NCBI GenBank assembly: GCA_002633005.1
Contig: NMRA01000100.1
Span: forward strand, 425,789-470,137
Origin: Phoronis australis
Taxonomy: Eukaryota; Animalia; Phoronida
Direction: 5' to 3'
Length of the DNA: 44,349 nt
The translations under genes and the position numbers were made by a program. The notes beneath the pieces are model-generated. The model had not been told where the DNA came from, did no database searches, and saw only the letters and a list, made by a program, of their open reading frames with translations. This document shows positions 12,421-24,638 of this stretch, one piece after another; positions within the stretch are counted from its first letter, which is position 1, and every line of letters begins with the position of its first letter.

Positions 12421-15019
12421 CTGTTGAATAATCTTTTAGGAAAATGTACAAAAAACCGTTTTGTTAAGTGATTTGATGGGTGTGAGACCAACTGATCTAC
12501 AACGGCTTCCCGGTTTGCTTTGGAGTATAATAATGTATGGTTCCTCGGCAGTGAGACGTTCGATCATATCTTCATATAGTATGTTGTGTTAAGGCCGAAA
12601 CAACATTATTGGTTCTGGTCTTGAGTTTTGTCCACTTCTTCACAATTTAAGATCAGCCTGAAAGAGCAAAAATGATGCAGGATTTGTTTTCTCCAAACTC
12701 TCACCGTTTTCGAGTAGGGGTAGGAGTGTTGGCAGTCGCTTGACATGTCTTCTGTTTATCCCCATTGGCAAACGTGGAAATGGCGTCACAGTCTAACTTG
12801 TTGTGGCGAGCCGGAATCAAAATTTTTGAATTGCAAATTCAGCCACCACGCTGCTAGTAAGTTGTCATGGTGGTATATAAGTTTGTGTTCCGTATACACA
12901 TTTTGAAAGTTAATCTAAGGCAGGACTATACTTGAGAATCCAGGTTGACTACGACGGCACATAGCAATCTAGGGGTGGCAAGCCACACTTACCGCGGGCG
13001 CTCACCCTTACAACACAGCCCAAAAAACTCTTACCCTTCACAAATCCCTGTTACCACGGAACCAGAAATCACAGGCACTAGTACCACGTACGAGGAGTGT
13101 TTGCGTTGTGTGTTAACGCCGGGTTTGTGCGTGCGTGTTAAAAAGGCCTGGAACGCCAAAACTCGCAAATTTACCTTTTAAACAGATTGTGGTGAATCCA
13201 GTTCTTGGGGACCTTGGGAGTTATTCACGGTTAGTACAGTTATCACACAGAAAGTCGCCGAAATCATGTCCGGTTAAGTCAGTTGCAGAATATTGAGTGG
13301 TGCTCCAAAGAGTCGTCAGGGGGCACCCATGTTCCCACCATAACCCAAAAGCCGACAGCTTCGCCTACAAACCGTAACGCTTTTTAAGACCGGAGTTGAA
13401 TATATAAGAATATATTATATTATATTATATTGTTGTCTACCAAATGCCACTGAATGTACTTAAACTTTGTATATCAGTATCATGCTTGGCTGACATGATC
13501 CTTTGTATTGTCTATTCTACTTCGTACTGTAGTCTTTCATTTGTAACTGGTTCTATTGTTCTCGTATTCCCCCACACTCTGTGTTTGTTCTACAATACAG
13601 AGATCCCTTGTTTTGTGTTTACCAACGATGGATGAAGCACATTCGGAGTATACATACTTTTTATGTCTTTATCTTACTTTTTATCTTGTCTCTCGGGACT
13701 CCACTTCATCAGTGTGGCGGAGCGACAAAAATACATTCAGAGTTTGGGAAATGAAGACATAGGATTATGAATAACTACAATTGTAGTGACGTATTGTAGA
13801 GGACATTCTGCTGTACTAGATTACCTGGAAGATTCATATTTATAGAGTCTTACATAATCTTAATAACTATTAGGTTCTCGGATGGACCTTCATGGAATTT
13901 GTCCTGTGTGTTACTGATGAGCTAAGCTTGCACAAGTGATAATGAATTATTTCGTATGCATCCTACATCGCCGAGGAAATATATTTAAAAATGGACGCTC
14001 CCCATTTATTTACCGTCTGTGGTGCACACGGTGGGCTCAAATCAATGTCCTGCATTGATCGTGTGCAATGTTGCAAGTGCTCCGAGCTGTTACCGTTAAC
14101 TACGTGGGAAACATTTCCCAGGCCCTCTGCCACTAATGAATGGTTTTGTTAATGTTGTTACCAAATACGGGTGTTATGTTAAATAGATAGACAAATAAAC
14201 AGGTGTTTTTGTATTCAAAATACTGAGTTATATACACAATAGTGAGGCCTGCAATCCTGAGAGACCAATCAGAAGGACGTTTTGGTTTCGGTTTAGAACG
14301 AATTTCGTGGAATTGCTTTTTCAGTGAAACCAAGGGGTCTGCTTAAATAATCAAACACCTTCGGGACGTGTTTATTTATTTTACGTCCAGCCAGGAAGAC
14401 GGATGGTTAACTCTGATTCTAGCTAAAGCTTGTGTCTCTCCTTTGCAAAAGGTAAGACTTGAATTTTATAATCTGATGACGCATAGCATACGCGTGCTGT
14501 AACTGAGGCAAAACTTCATTATCGCGATTCGTACACTGTCGCCCGTTTTATCCAACTTTTCAAAATTCTCCAACCACCTGTTCAGTATAATGTCTGTAAC
14601 AAAAAAATGCTTAGTGACTGTTCATGCATGAAAGAACCAAAACGAAATTGAGAAAATTGGGTCAAATTTCAATGCTTTATTTTTTCTTTTTACAATTTCA
14701 GGGAGAAAATTGCGTTGATTCTTCGTTTTGACGGAGAAAATCAAAACACTGCTTCTCTTGTTCGTTGTTTCCACATCACTTGCAGAGTGCACAGGTCAGA
14801 ACTCGAGAAAAATGAATAAATTTTAGACTTTTGTTTTACGCGATCAGTGAATAAGGGGGACAAAGAAGATCGTGGCGTATATACTTCTTGGGAATGCTAA
14901 CCTGAGAGTTATTCACTTCGAATGTTGCAAGAAGTTCTGGAAAATAATCACTATTTTTGAATCGCAGTCTCAATAAAATTCTTTCATCCCAAGACTGTTC
15001 AAATTTTCCGCCCCTAATG

Positions 15020-15159
15020 ACATGGGCGGCGCATCTTAAGGAGCTGGAGGAGCTATAGCCCACTTATTTCAGTGTTGCACCGACCAACTTGGGCGGCGCG
15101 CACCATCGGGGGCTGATGGGCTTTAGTCCCCACTTATTTCAGTGCTGCGCCGCCCATGT
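15020..15159. mobile_element. tiny TIR element made of two ~70-bp head-to-tail units
   Basis: Perfect 14-bp inverted ends (acatgggcggcgca / tgcgccgcccatgt). Internal direct repeat ccccacttatttcagtg occurs twice. A second tgggcggcgc starts the second unit. No TSD seen. Confidence 0.65.
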
Positions 15160-17176
15160 ATACTGTGAATGTGCCCAAATCATACCCAGTGAAATTTCCT
15201 AAGTGCATAATCGTCATTGTTTTGTTGACATCAACGGCCAAAGGTGACACTTTGAATGTTACACGTCAAATTTGGAGACAATCTTCTGAACTCCGCTCCG
15301 CCTCGGCTCTTTTCACATTTTTGTGATCTGGAAACCAACATATTGAACATCGGTGAAAGTTAATAGTATACAAGATTGTTGCTGAAGTCCAATGAACAGT
15401 TCTTAATTATCTTAATTAATTACTTTGCGTTGTTTTAATGTCCGGGTCCTCGTCTTCAGACTTAAGTAATTTTCTTCGTTTGAACACACTCTCTATTTGT
15501 ACTTCATTATTTTCAGCGCGTGTCAGCGAATATCGTTGTGTAAAATTGCTTTACATGAGGTTTCAATGAGTGTAAACAATTACAAATTCTAAGAAATAAA
15601 GATAAGCCTACTTACCACTTATATCGATTGACAGCCTTTCAAATTCCGACAAATTTCACGAGCAGGTTTCATAAGACAACCCCTTCGGTTTTCATTTGTA
15701 ATACCGGGAAATTTTTTAACTATTTTTTACTCCACGAGCCAACCTTTTTGCATTATGCTTTGCTATGAATAGTTGGCAAATGACGTCATTTTAGTTTCAT
15801 TTCACCTAGGTCACGCAACCTAGTCAAGGTATCTTTTGGCGTTAAATTACCCACGACACAGCCACTTTTGTATGCGTGTATTTAGACGGTGCAGGCCCAA
15901 AAATAGCGATTCAAACAAAACCAGTGTTTTTACTATCTTTATTGAAATAACTTCGTATGACCGTAGGCCCAAAGTTTAAATATACAGTGCAGTAGGTCTA
16001 CACTGTCAGGTGCGTTATAAACTGGATAGTAAATTGTGACACTTGAAAGCATGGTGGATGAATTTTAGAAGCGGGTATCTGGAGTTCTCATGAGAGATTC
16101 AAATTTGGATCTTGTGGGAGAATGACAAAAACGATCACTTAATAACTTACTTAACCGGAAGTTATTGGTACGCACTGCAAACTAACACAAATGTTAGAGG
16201 TAAATTAAGTGCCCCTCGTTGTTGGCTTACAAATAATGGCTCATCGGAGTACAAGCCCTTCTGAGTAACACTTTACGATGTTTATTGCGTGCTTACACCA
16301 AATTGGTCGGTACTCTTCGGAGTAATGAATCTCTGAAGTAAAGGCCCGATTGCGACTCCTGTCTAAGAATACTGTATCGCATTTATATATTTGAAGATAA
16401 TTTTCAAAACAATTTTAATAGTTTGATGATGTGTCAAAAATCATTTCGGGAGGTTTGGCTGTTTATGAACTTCGTGTCATATTTGGGCAAAGCGGCTGAC
16501 TGGTTGTTAAAGAAATCAACAGCATATTGGCAGAGACAGAAAACAAACTCGAGTTTGATGTCACTTTATGAGGTTCCAGTAATCTTGGCCCAGTTGTTGA
16601 ATCCCAAACCAGAGTGTTCTTAGTTAATTTTTAATTGCAACACAAGCCGGCTCTGCGCAAAAGCAGACTCAGTCGTTTTGATTCTCAAAAGTAATAACTA
16701 GACCTTTTTGCTTTTGCTTTGAGATAATCGTTGAGCACTTGCTTAGAGGTGCCGCGCCTCGACTTATGCTGCGGGCCCCGGTAGTTGCGTAATCCGGCCC
16801 GGCCTCTGTTCTCTATCCTAATTTGGTTTTCATATAATGTTAAGCACGCTGAAGTTCTACATCTGTTCAGGATGAATAATAGTGGCTATGCGAGGTTTCC
16901 TTTTAAAGCCTGTTTTCAACGGTAATACCTGAAAATTTGGTACCTACAGTGTGTTAAGAGCATCCCTCTGAGCCCAGTAGTGTTATAAATTGTCAAATGG
17001 AACGAACTGTTAGGCGTATTGGCTTGCTTTTGTCTACGTCACCGCGAGAATCACCTTTTAATTCAAACAGCTGCAAATAACACCCGCACGCAATGGTCTT
17101 TTATTCAGACCCCTATTCAATACAACCTTTTGTTGTTTGTGCTGGGATCTTGCGGTGACTCAACATGGCGCGAAAA

Positions 17177-17950
17177 TATGGAACGCCCCTAGCTTCACCT
17201 CCTGACGGGTCTTTTCTGACACGTTACGAAACATCGAAGCCCTTCAGAGATGACTCGAACTGTAATTCCCAAATATGTCGAGTTACCGCCCCATTACTGA
17301 GCGACGAATAAGACGTTGTCGTTTGGTCAGCGATGACGTATCTTTCGAAGTCAGTTAGTTTACGCCCCAACTGACCCGACATCTGACTAGCCTAAAAGGT
17401 CATCAGCCATCCCACTTTGCATTTGACGAATAAGGGACAAGTTTACATGCTTACTTGTATTAATTAAATGAATCATAATTCTCATCTGTGGAGTTTAGCA
17501 CCTGCAAAAGTACAACTGTGGCTTCTGCGTTAGAATAGCATGTACAGTCAAAAATGTTATAAATGAAAGACTGTTTATCCAACTAAACGAGGGCAATGCT
17601 GCGAGTGACGAGGACTGGATGGCTGTGACCTTGGAGTGATTTTTACAATGCTGTGCCAACAGTTGTTGTGTCCTTGTAGGTTCTATTTGCTTGATCAGTG
17701 AAGATGTAGGTACAGTCTTGCTCAGTGGCAGTGCTGGCCATTTGTTATATCTTTTCTTTGTGTCCAATGGTCAGTGAAGACAGGGTATGCAGCAATAAGT
17801 TGTTTTTGTGAGAAAGTGGTGACCTGTTATTGTTTGTTTTTAAAGACCTAAAAAAGTAAAACGCATCAGTGACGCGTCAGCGTGTTAGAAATGACTCGTC
17901 CCGTGTCACAAAAAAGACCCGTCACAAGGTGACGCTAGTGGCGTTCCATA
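17177..17950. mobile_element. non-autonomous DNA transposon, IS3EU-like (774 bp)
   Basis: About 55-bp imperfect TIRs (TATGGAACGCC... / ...GGCGTTCCATA). Exact 6-bp TSD CGAAAA at 17171-17176 and 17951-17956. TAY..RTA ends with a 6-bp TSD fit the IS3EU description as I recall it. Confidence 0.8.
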
Positions 17951-18970
17951 CGAAAAGGCAGCTTCACTTCTTATTTGAGGGGCTTACATTTGCGTGATTG
18001 AACTCGCGTTTTCTTATTTTACAAAGGTTTTGCTAGAACTATCTGGTTAGCCCAATACATCTAAAATAACAAAATTCCGTTGAAGTTAGGCTTTAAGCGG
18101 GACTGAGTACCGTAGGTAGCACGGGGCTCGACGTTTGATGCAGGTCCATTGCTATCATTTTCACTTTGTGTGAGATTGACAGAGACCGTCTTTCGGGCTC
18201 ATTGCCCTTCTTGCTAGGACGCCGATACGGGCGTACCCGTTATTCAAATACATAGAGGATGGACACCAGAATACAAGGGGTTTCGGAGTCTTTTCATGCC
18301 GGTCTTACAATTGACTGGTATAATTAAGTTCCGCAGTGTCAAGTCCGCTAGGTAGGTAGTCTATAAGCTTCCACTTTAGTAAAGCAGGTGTTTTAGATTA
18401 ACTTGAGAACGGGTTATGTTACAGGAGAGTTGGTGACGACCGGTCACAGAGCAGAATTGTGTCATTTCTGAAGCCGATCAAGGTTCAGCTAGCAGCCAAG
18501 TAATGTAGTCGACGATCGAGTCAGGCAATGCTAGCACATTCGTAACAGACATCGCGCAGACGGAAACAACAGCACACAAAATTCGTTTCTGGAGACCGTA
18601 GTGTAAGGTATCGTAATTTATTTTGGATGTGTTGCAAGAACCTTCTAATTCATGTGCTCTACTAGCCAACAGAGCTTTGATAGAGTAACGTTCTCGGGTG
18701 GCCATTTCTTTGTATGTCTTTTGCTGATCTAATTTTCAGATGTTTTCACTCTAGGTTCTTCACTCTTGTCGCAGGTGTAAGAGGTTGGCTACCTGTCTCT
18801 GTGCGTCACCATTTTCAATTTGACACAGACGCACACTGGCTTTTCAACCCGTGAAACACCAGTACATTCAGATTCTGGTCAACCTGATCTATCGCTTTTG
18901 CCTTCGATGTGTGATTGTCACTCTGCTATATCTTTTACACTTGTAGCGACGGCAAACGACACTCACTAAC

Positions 18971-19057
18971 ATGCTGAGGACGTCAATAAACCGAGCAGCA
19001 GTTGGAAGATCTGGTAAAATAGGCGCTCTCTATGACGTCAGATCAGATACATTTACG
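18971..19057 (+). CDS. duplicate copy of first coding exon of the SNTX-like/GTPase gene
   Basis: Identical to 20110-20196, including the ATG and the GTAGGC donor. Confidence 0.5.
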
Positions 19058-20109
19058 GTAGGCATCACGTGGGTCGAAGACTGAACNCAGCTTCATTTCT
19101 TATTTGTGGGGCTTACATTTGCGTGATTGAACTCGCGTTTTCTTATTTTACAAAGGTTTTGCTAGAACTATCTGGTTAGCCCAATACATCTAAAATAACA
19201 AAATTCCGTTGAAGTTAGGCTTTAAGCCGGACTGAGTACCGTAGGTAGCACGGGGCTCGACGTTTGATGCAGGTCCATTGCTATCATTTTCACTTTGGGT
19301 GAGATTGACAGAGACCGTCTTTCGGGCTCATTGCCCTTCTTGCTAGGACGCCGATACGGGCGTACCCGTTATTCAAATACATAGAGGCTGGACACCAGAA
19401 TACAAGGGGTTTCGGAGTCTTTTCACGCCGGTCTTTCAATTGACTGGTATAATTAAGTTCCGAAGTGTCAAGTCCGCTAGGTAGGTAGTTTAAAAGCTCC
19501 CACTTTAGTAAAGCAGGTGTTTTAGATTAACTTGAGAACGGGTTATGTTACAGGAGAGTTGGTGACGACCGGTCACAGAGCAGAATTGTCTCATTTCTGA
19601 AGCCGATCAAGGTTCAGCTAGCAGCCAAGTAATGTAGTCTGACGCAGTCGACGATCGAGTCAGGCAATACTAGCACATTCGTAACAGACATCGCGCAGAC
19701 GGAAACAATAGCACACAAAATTCGTTTCTGGAGACCGTAGTGTAAGGTATCGTAATTCATTTTGGATGTGTTGCAAGAACCTTCTAATTCATGTGCTCTA
19801 CTAGCCAACAGAGCTTTGATAGAGTAACGTTCTCGGGTGGCCATTTATTTGTATGTCTTTTGCTGATCTAATTTTCAGATGTTTTCACTCTAGGTTCTTC
19901 ACTCTTGTCGCAGGTGTAAGAGGTTGGCTACCTGTCTCTGTGCGTCACCATTTTCAATTTGACACAGACGCACACTGGCTTTTCAACCCGTGAAACACCA
20001 GTACATTCAGATTCTGGTCAACCTGATCTATCGCTTTTGCCTTCGATGTGTGATTGTCACTCTGCTATATCTTTTACACTTGTAGCGACGGCAAACGACA
20101 CTCACTAAC

Positions 20110-20196
20110 ATGCTGAGGACGTCAATAAACCGAGCAGCAGTTGGAAGATCTGGTAAAATAGGCGCTCTCTATGACGTCAGATCAGATACATTTACG
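20110..20196 (+). CDS. first coding exon of the SNTX-like/GTPase gene (MLRTSINRAAVGRSGKIGALYDVRSDTFT)
   Basis: 29 codons with a phase-0 donor ACG|GTAGGC and an upstream acceptor cttgtAG at 20085. The peptide matches the stonustoxin/verrucotoxin N-terminal motif AALGR..LG.LYD.R.D. It splices in frame to tttcttttttcacAG|CAT at 20707/20708. Confidence 0.88.
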
Positions 20197-20707
20197 GTAG
20201 GCATCACGTGGGTCGAAGACTGAACAAAAACACTCAACTCGAAACAACTTGTTGCTGATTTCAGACGACAAGAGTTGACGTGACTTAAAAATTTTCCGAT
20301 CAAGGGTTGTTGGCCAGTATTACCACGTCGAACATTAGTGAAACAAGTAGCTACTGATCATTCATGTCTAAAATGTTTGTCGCTAGTCGTGTTTCATATT
20401 CGAAACCGTATAATCAGCATAACGAGTACTTACAACACCTAAGTTTGTACATTGGATCAGCTCACATGGATGTATGACATGTGGCCTATTAAGATTGGTC
20501 AATAGTTAGTTCTATTTCTTTCGACCGTTCAAATATTGCGTGCTGGTACGAAATAGAAGCTAGTCTGTTTAAATGAACAAATGTAGACAAATCTGTCGGG
20601 CGTTTCAGATCATATGGAAGTGCGGCCTCTGACAATATTGCTTTCCATCGTTCACCTGATGTCACCCTTGGGATCGGGTCTAAATTAGTATGTTTCTTTT
20701 TTCACAG

Positions 20708-23700
20708 CATGATTCACTGTTCACGCGAGATCTCGATGACGATAGTATCGAAAGTATGGAACATGGAGAAACATCAATCGAGATTGTACGGTCTGATAAC
20801 ACGGAGGACAAATTCCACGCCCTCAACATTGAAGCAGCTCTTCAGATTAGTCTTTTGGCTGGTCTTGTAAAACTCAAAGGGTCTGGGGCGTATATCAGTA
20901 ACGAAAAAAAGAGTGCCCGAGCACAAAGGATGACATTAATGTACAAGGTTACAACACAAATTGAAGAAATCCCACTGAGGCAACATAAAAGAAATTTTGA
21001 CAATGACGTTCTCATGGCAATTAAGAATAATAGCCTTGAAGCAACTCACGTGGTTGTTGGCATTGACTGGGGAGCAGTTTGCTCGATAACTTGTGAAAGT
21101 GAAAATTCGGAAGATCGTGAAGAAACCGCGGTGAAAGGAGAACTTGGAGTAGAATTAGAAAAATTCAAAACACTCCTCAGTGCTGGAGGTACAGGTAAAG
21201 CCGATTACAGTGACTCAAGCCAGCATAAAGGTGCAAGTTTCACGTTTAAGTGTAATTCGGACGTATCTCCAGTAGATAAAACACTTCCTTTTACATTTGA
21301 AGAAGCCTTGAGCTACGCCAAAAACCTTCCAGTTTGTATCCAGCATACCAATGGCGGGAAAGGTGTTCCATTGCTCTTTACACTAGTATCCCTTGACTCT
21401 GTAGTGAAGATGTGTTGCTTGCAGATCAATCTGCAGTTGAATTTCAGGTTTATTGAAGAAGACGCAATTAAAAGAACCGTACAGATAGCCGAAGAAATTA
21501 CAGCGCAAAAAACAACGTCTGCACGACGTCCAAAAGGATCTGCATAAGCTTGGAGACTATGTTGAAGAAGCCGCCATTGTCAGGATTGATCAGTATGTCA
21601 ATGACATTGCAGTGCAAGAGGCATCTTTTCGATGTAAACTCAGAGATCTGGTAGCAAAAATACGTCGACAGGACGTAGAAGTGTCATCACTCGAAACGTT
21701 GGTGAAAGAGTTCGTCATTACCATGTCTTCATACGACACTAAAATTCAAGGGTTCCAAGCCAGCCTAAAACACCTGAAGCTGGTTAAAGCGTGGTTGGCT
21801 AGAGGCATTAGGTACACAGACAAGAAGACTCCCTTTTTTACAGATGACGCAGCCAAGGTGTACATTTTGTATAAACCCAGGGCAACAACAAAAAAAGGGC
21901 AGCAGATGGAAAGTTATTTCTTGCGCTGTCACGGTTCATACAAAGAACACGATGATACGATTTTCAAAGTTGTTGACGAAGCAATTAGACCAGACTTGTG
22001 GCCATCAGAAAGACAAGAAGCCACGATTGTTTTATTCGAAAACGGCTCCATGACCAGTGACGACCTGTACACCAGAGACGGGAAAAATATGAACATGTGC
22101 CTCATAAGACATCATAACCTACAGCGAGGTACCAAGTCTACAGACAGTGCTCCTGTGAAACTCAAGTGTCCAAAAAAATGTTCTGGAAAAGCCGTCATTT
22201 GGGAATGCTCAGAATGCAAAGAGGTGGTAGAGTTCGGCATAAAAACACGTCGGTTCCACTGCAGCTGTGGGTCATCTGCTCCAACTATTGTTTCCTTCCG
22301 ATGTAATGAAGAATCTCACGGCATTGAATATGTCAAGTATCCCGAGAACCTCCTCTTTGATCAGCTGAATCAACTACGTGCGGTCCCCGAGAAGAACATA
22401 TTAATTCTAGGGGAAATTGGTGTCGGCAAATCAACTTGGATAAACGGGATTGTTAATTATTTGTCTTTCAAAGACCTGCAAGATGCCATGAATGCCTCCA
22501 CCTTTTATACTCTGATACCATCACAGTTTACACAGCAAGTTGGGGACAAGTCTGTAGAGGTCAAACTTGGAGGTGGAAGCAATAACAGTCAGTCACGTGG
22601 TCGGTCCGAGACCAAAGAGGCACGAGCGTATGTTTTCTTTTTCGGGGAGGAGAAAATTCGTCTGATAGATACACCCGGTGTTGGCCTCGACGTAGAAGGA
22701 GACAAAAAAAGTCTGGAAAATATTCTATCCTACGTTTCATTCTATGACGAAATACACGCTGTTTGCATTTTGTTAAAATCAAACAACTCGCGAGTCACAG
22801 TGTCGTTTAGTTATTGTTTACAGGAGCTTCTGAAAAGCTTACACAAATCTGCAAAGAGCAATGTAGTTTTTTGTTTCACCAATTCTCGGGGAGCAGGGTT
22901 TGCTCCTGGGGACACAATCACAGTACTAAACAGAACTTTAAACGACATGTCGCTTGATGTTAAGTGCTCTCCCAGCAACTATTTTTGTTTTGATAACGAG
23001 GCAGTGCGTTTTCTTGCATGTGTTCAGAGTAACATATTCTTCCCGGAAAAACGTGTGCATGATTTTGCTGAAAGCTGGGAGTTTTCGGCAAACGAAACGT
23101 TTCGCTTTTTTCAGAAAATTCAAAGTATGGACCCTCACCAAGTAAAAAGTACAATAAGTATCAATGAATCGCGCAAGATAATCATTGCAATGACAAAGCC
23201 ATTGGCGGAAATTGCTAAAGCAATTCAACAAAATGTTCAGCTAGCACATAGTGCCCGGGATCGTGTTGACTTTCAAACACATACTTTGACCGAACAGAAA
23301 AAAGCCCTTCGGTTTAAAGGAATCGATTTGGAACGCGAGGAGTTGCCCTTCCCAATGACTGTCTGTGCGCATCCCAATTGTATCAAAAGAGTTACTGTTG
23401 GCGAGGAAAACAGGCAAGAGATATTGTATGAACAGGTGTGCCACTGTCCCTGTAAATTACAAGGAGTACCTACTGAAACGATAAACGACTACAGGCTTCA
23501 AGACTGTAGGTGTATTGAGATGTATGGCACAAATTGCATCGAGTGCAGTCATGACTTCAAGATCCACATGCATATTACGTACACTTTCAAAAAAGTGGAA
23601 ACTGAATTTATTTCAAGAGAAGTACAACACCAGATTTTAGAAATGGAGTCGAAAAAAGAACAAGGGGAAGCATTTAAGAAAACGATTGACAATAAAATTC

Positions 23701-24638
23701 GCGAGCTGAGAGAAGAAGAAAGCTGTATAATAAAGGCGTGCGCCCAATATGGAGCTTTTCTTAAGCAGAACGCAGTAAGGGCGTATAACGATGCAACTGG
23801 TGGCTATCTTGACTTCATGATAGAGCAAGAAGAGACCTCTGAACTCGTTGACAAAGAGCTGACTGAGCGACTTCGTAGGCTTAAACGAGAATATTTCGCA
23901 GAGAAAAGACTTATTGAAGAAGCTATGTCTAGAGGCGTTAAAATAACACCAGAGGAAATTTTGGAAGTTAAAACCAAGCTCTTCAGACTGAAGCGCTTTG
24001 GGTCAACACTAGAACGCATACTGGATGGAATTTCAATTTCTCATTCAACGAAAGGCATGTGTTACCAAGAAACAATTGCTCCCATACGACAACGGACTTC
24101 GGCGTCAGCAAGTTATCCGCCACGAATGGAACCGTTCAATACCGATACCGCTTGTCAAGAAGCAAGCTTTGCGCCAATCACACCGGCGAATGGTGCCTTT
24201 TACATCAACCGCTCTCATGATGATGCGTCAATAAAGGTTTCAACTGTTCAAGTTCCAGCTGCAAGTTCGAATTCGGGACCGTTTGACATAGGTGAAACAG
24301 GTTGGCAACAGAATTTCAACAATTCGGATCAGCAGTACACGTCTAATGAAAGCCCCTTGCGTCCCAAGTTACGCAGTTCTGATCCTCTGTCACCGACTAA
24401 ACTGGTGAAAACAACAGCAGAGACACGACTTGCTGCATCACAAAATGCTGGCATGAATACCGCAAGAGACGTTTCGTCAGATGATGATACGTTATTGCCT
24501 GCTATGCCCTCGACGCCGCCTAGTGGTGGTGAGTTGCCCCATTCATTCGAAGAATCTGCTTCTGAGTCTGAAGCTGATGATGATGATGTTGATGGCCTTG
24601 CCAGGAAGGTGTACAGACAAGCATGCATCCTAATGTAG
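20708..24638 (+). CDS. main exon of stonustoxin-type MACPF/CDC-like + Cys/His + P-loop GTPase + Cys/His + coiled-coil + CAAX protein (~1338 aa with exon 1); +1 frameshift at A6 run 21507-21512
   Basis: SNTX-like motifs ATHVVVGIDWGA (21041) and GVPLLFTLVSL. Removing one A joins the 285-aa and 1008-aa ORFs (EEITAQK|QRLHDVQKDL...DIAVQEASF). GTPase motifs: G1 GEIGVGKS (22410), G3 DTPG (22668), G4-like FTNS. Ends CILM*. No signal peptide. Confidence 0.88.

Larger units (their letters stand above)
17959..20225 (+). repeat. tandem duplication (17959-19086 and 19088-20225) joined by a single N; probably a haplotype-overlap assembly artefact
   Basis: The copies differ by about 16 substitutions (by eye) and one 10-bp indel (tgacgcagtc). 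An N at 19087 sits exactly at the junction. Confidence 0.93.

Noticed and set aside
13431-13967. Possible solo LTR (TG...CA ends) with a hammerhead-like CTGATGA on the minus strand
   Set aside because: No TSD, PBS or PPT; the GAAA core and stems of a hammerhead are missing.
18478-19844. Twin minus-strand ORFs MATRERYSIKALL
   Set aside because: They recur only because of the duplication. They have no recognisable motif, and the 10-bp indel changes their ends.
20690-21547. 285-aa ORF as an independent gene starting MFLFSQ
   Set aside because: The start is the polypyrimidine tract and acceptor of an intron; the real N-terminus is exon 20110-20196.
21612-24638. 1008-aa ORF as a stand-alone gene
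   Set aside because: It starts at GTG and the frame is open back to the A6 run, so it is the continuation of the upstream ORF.
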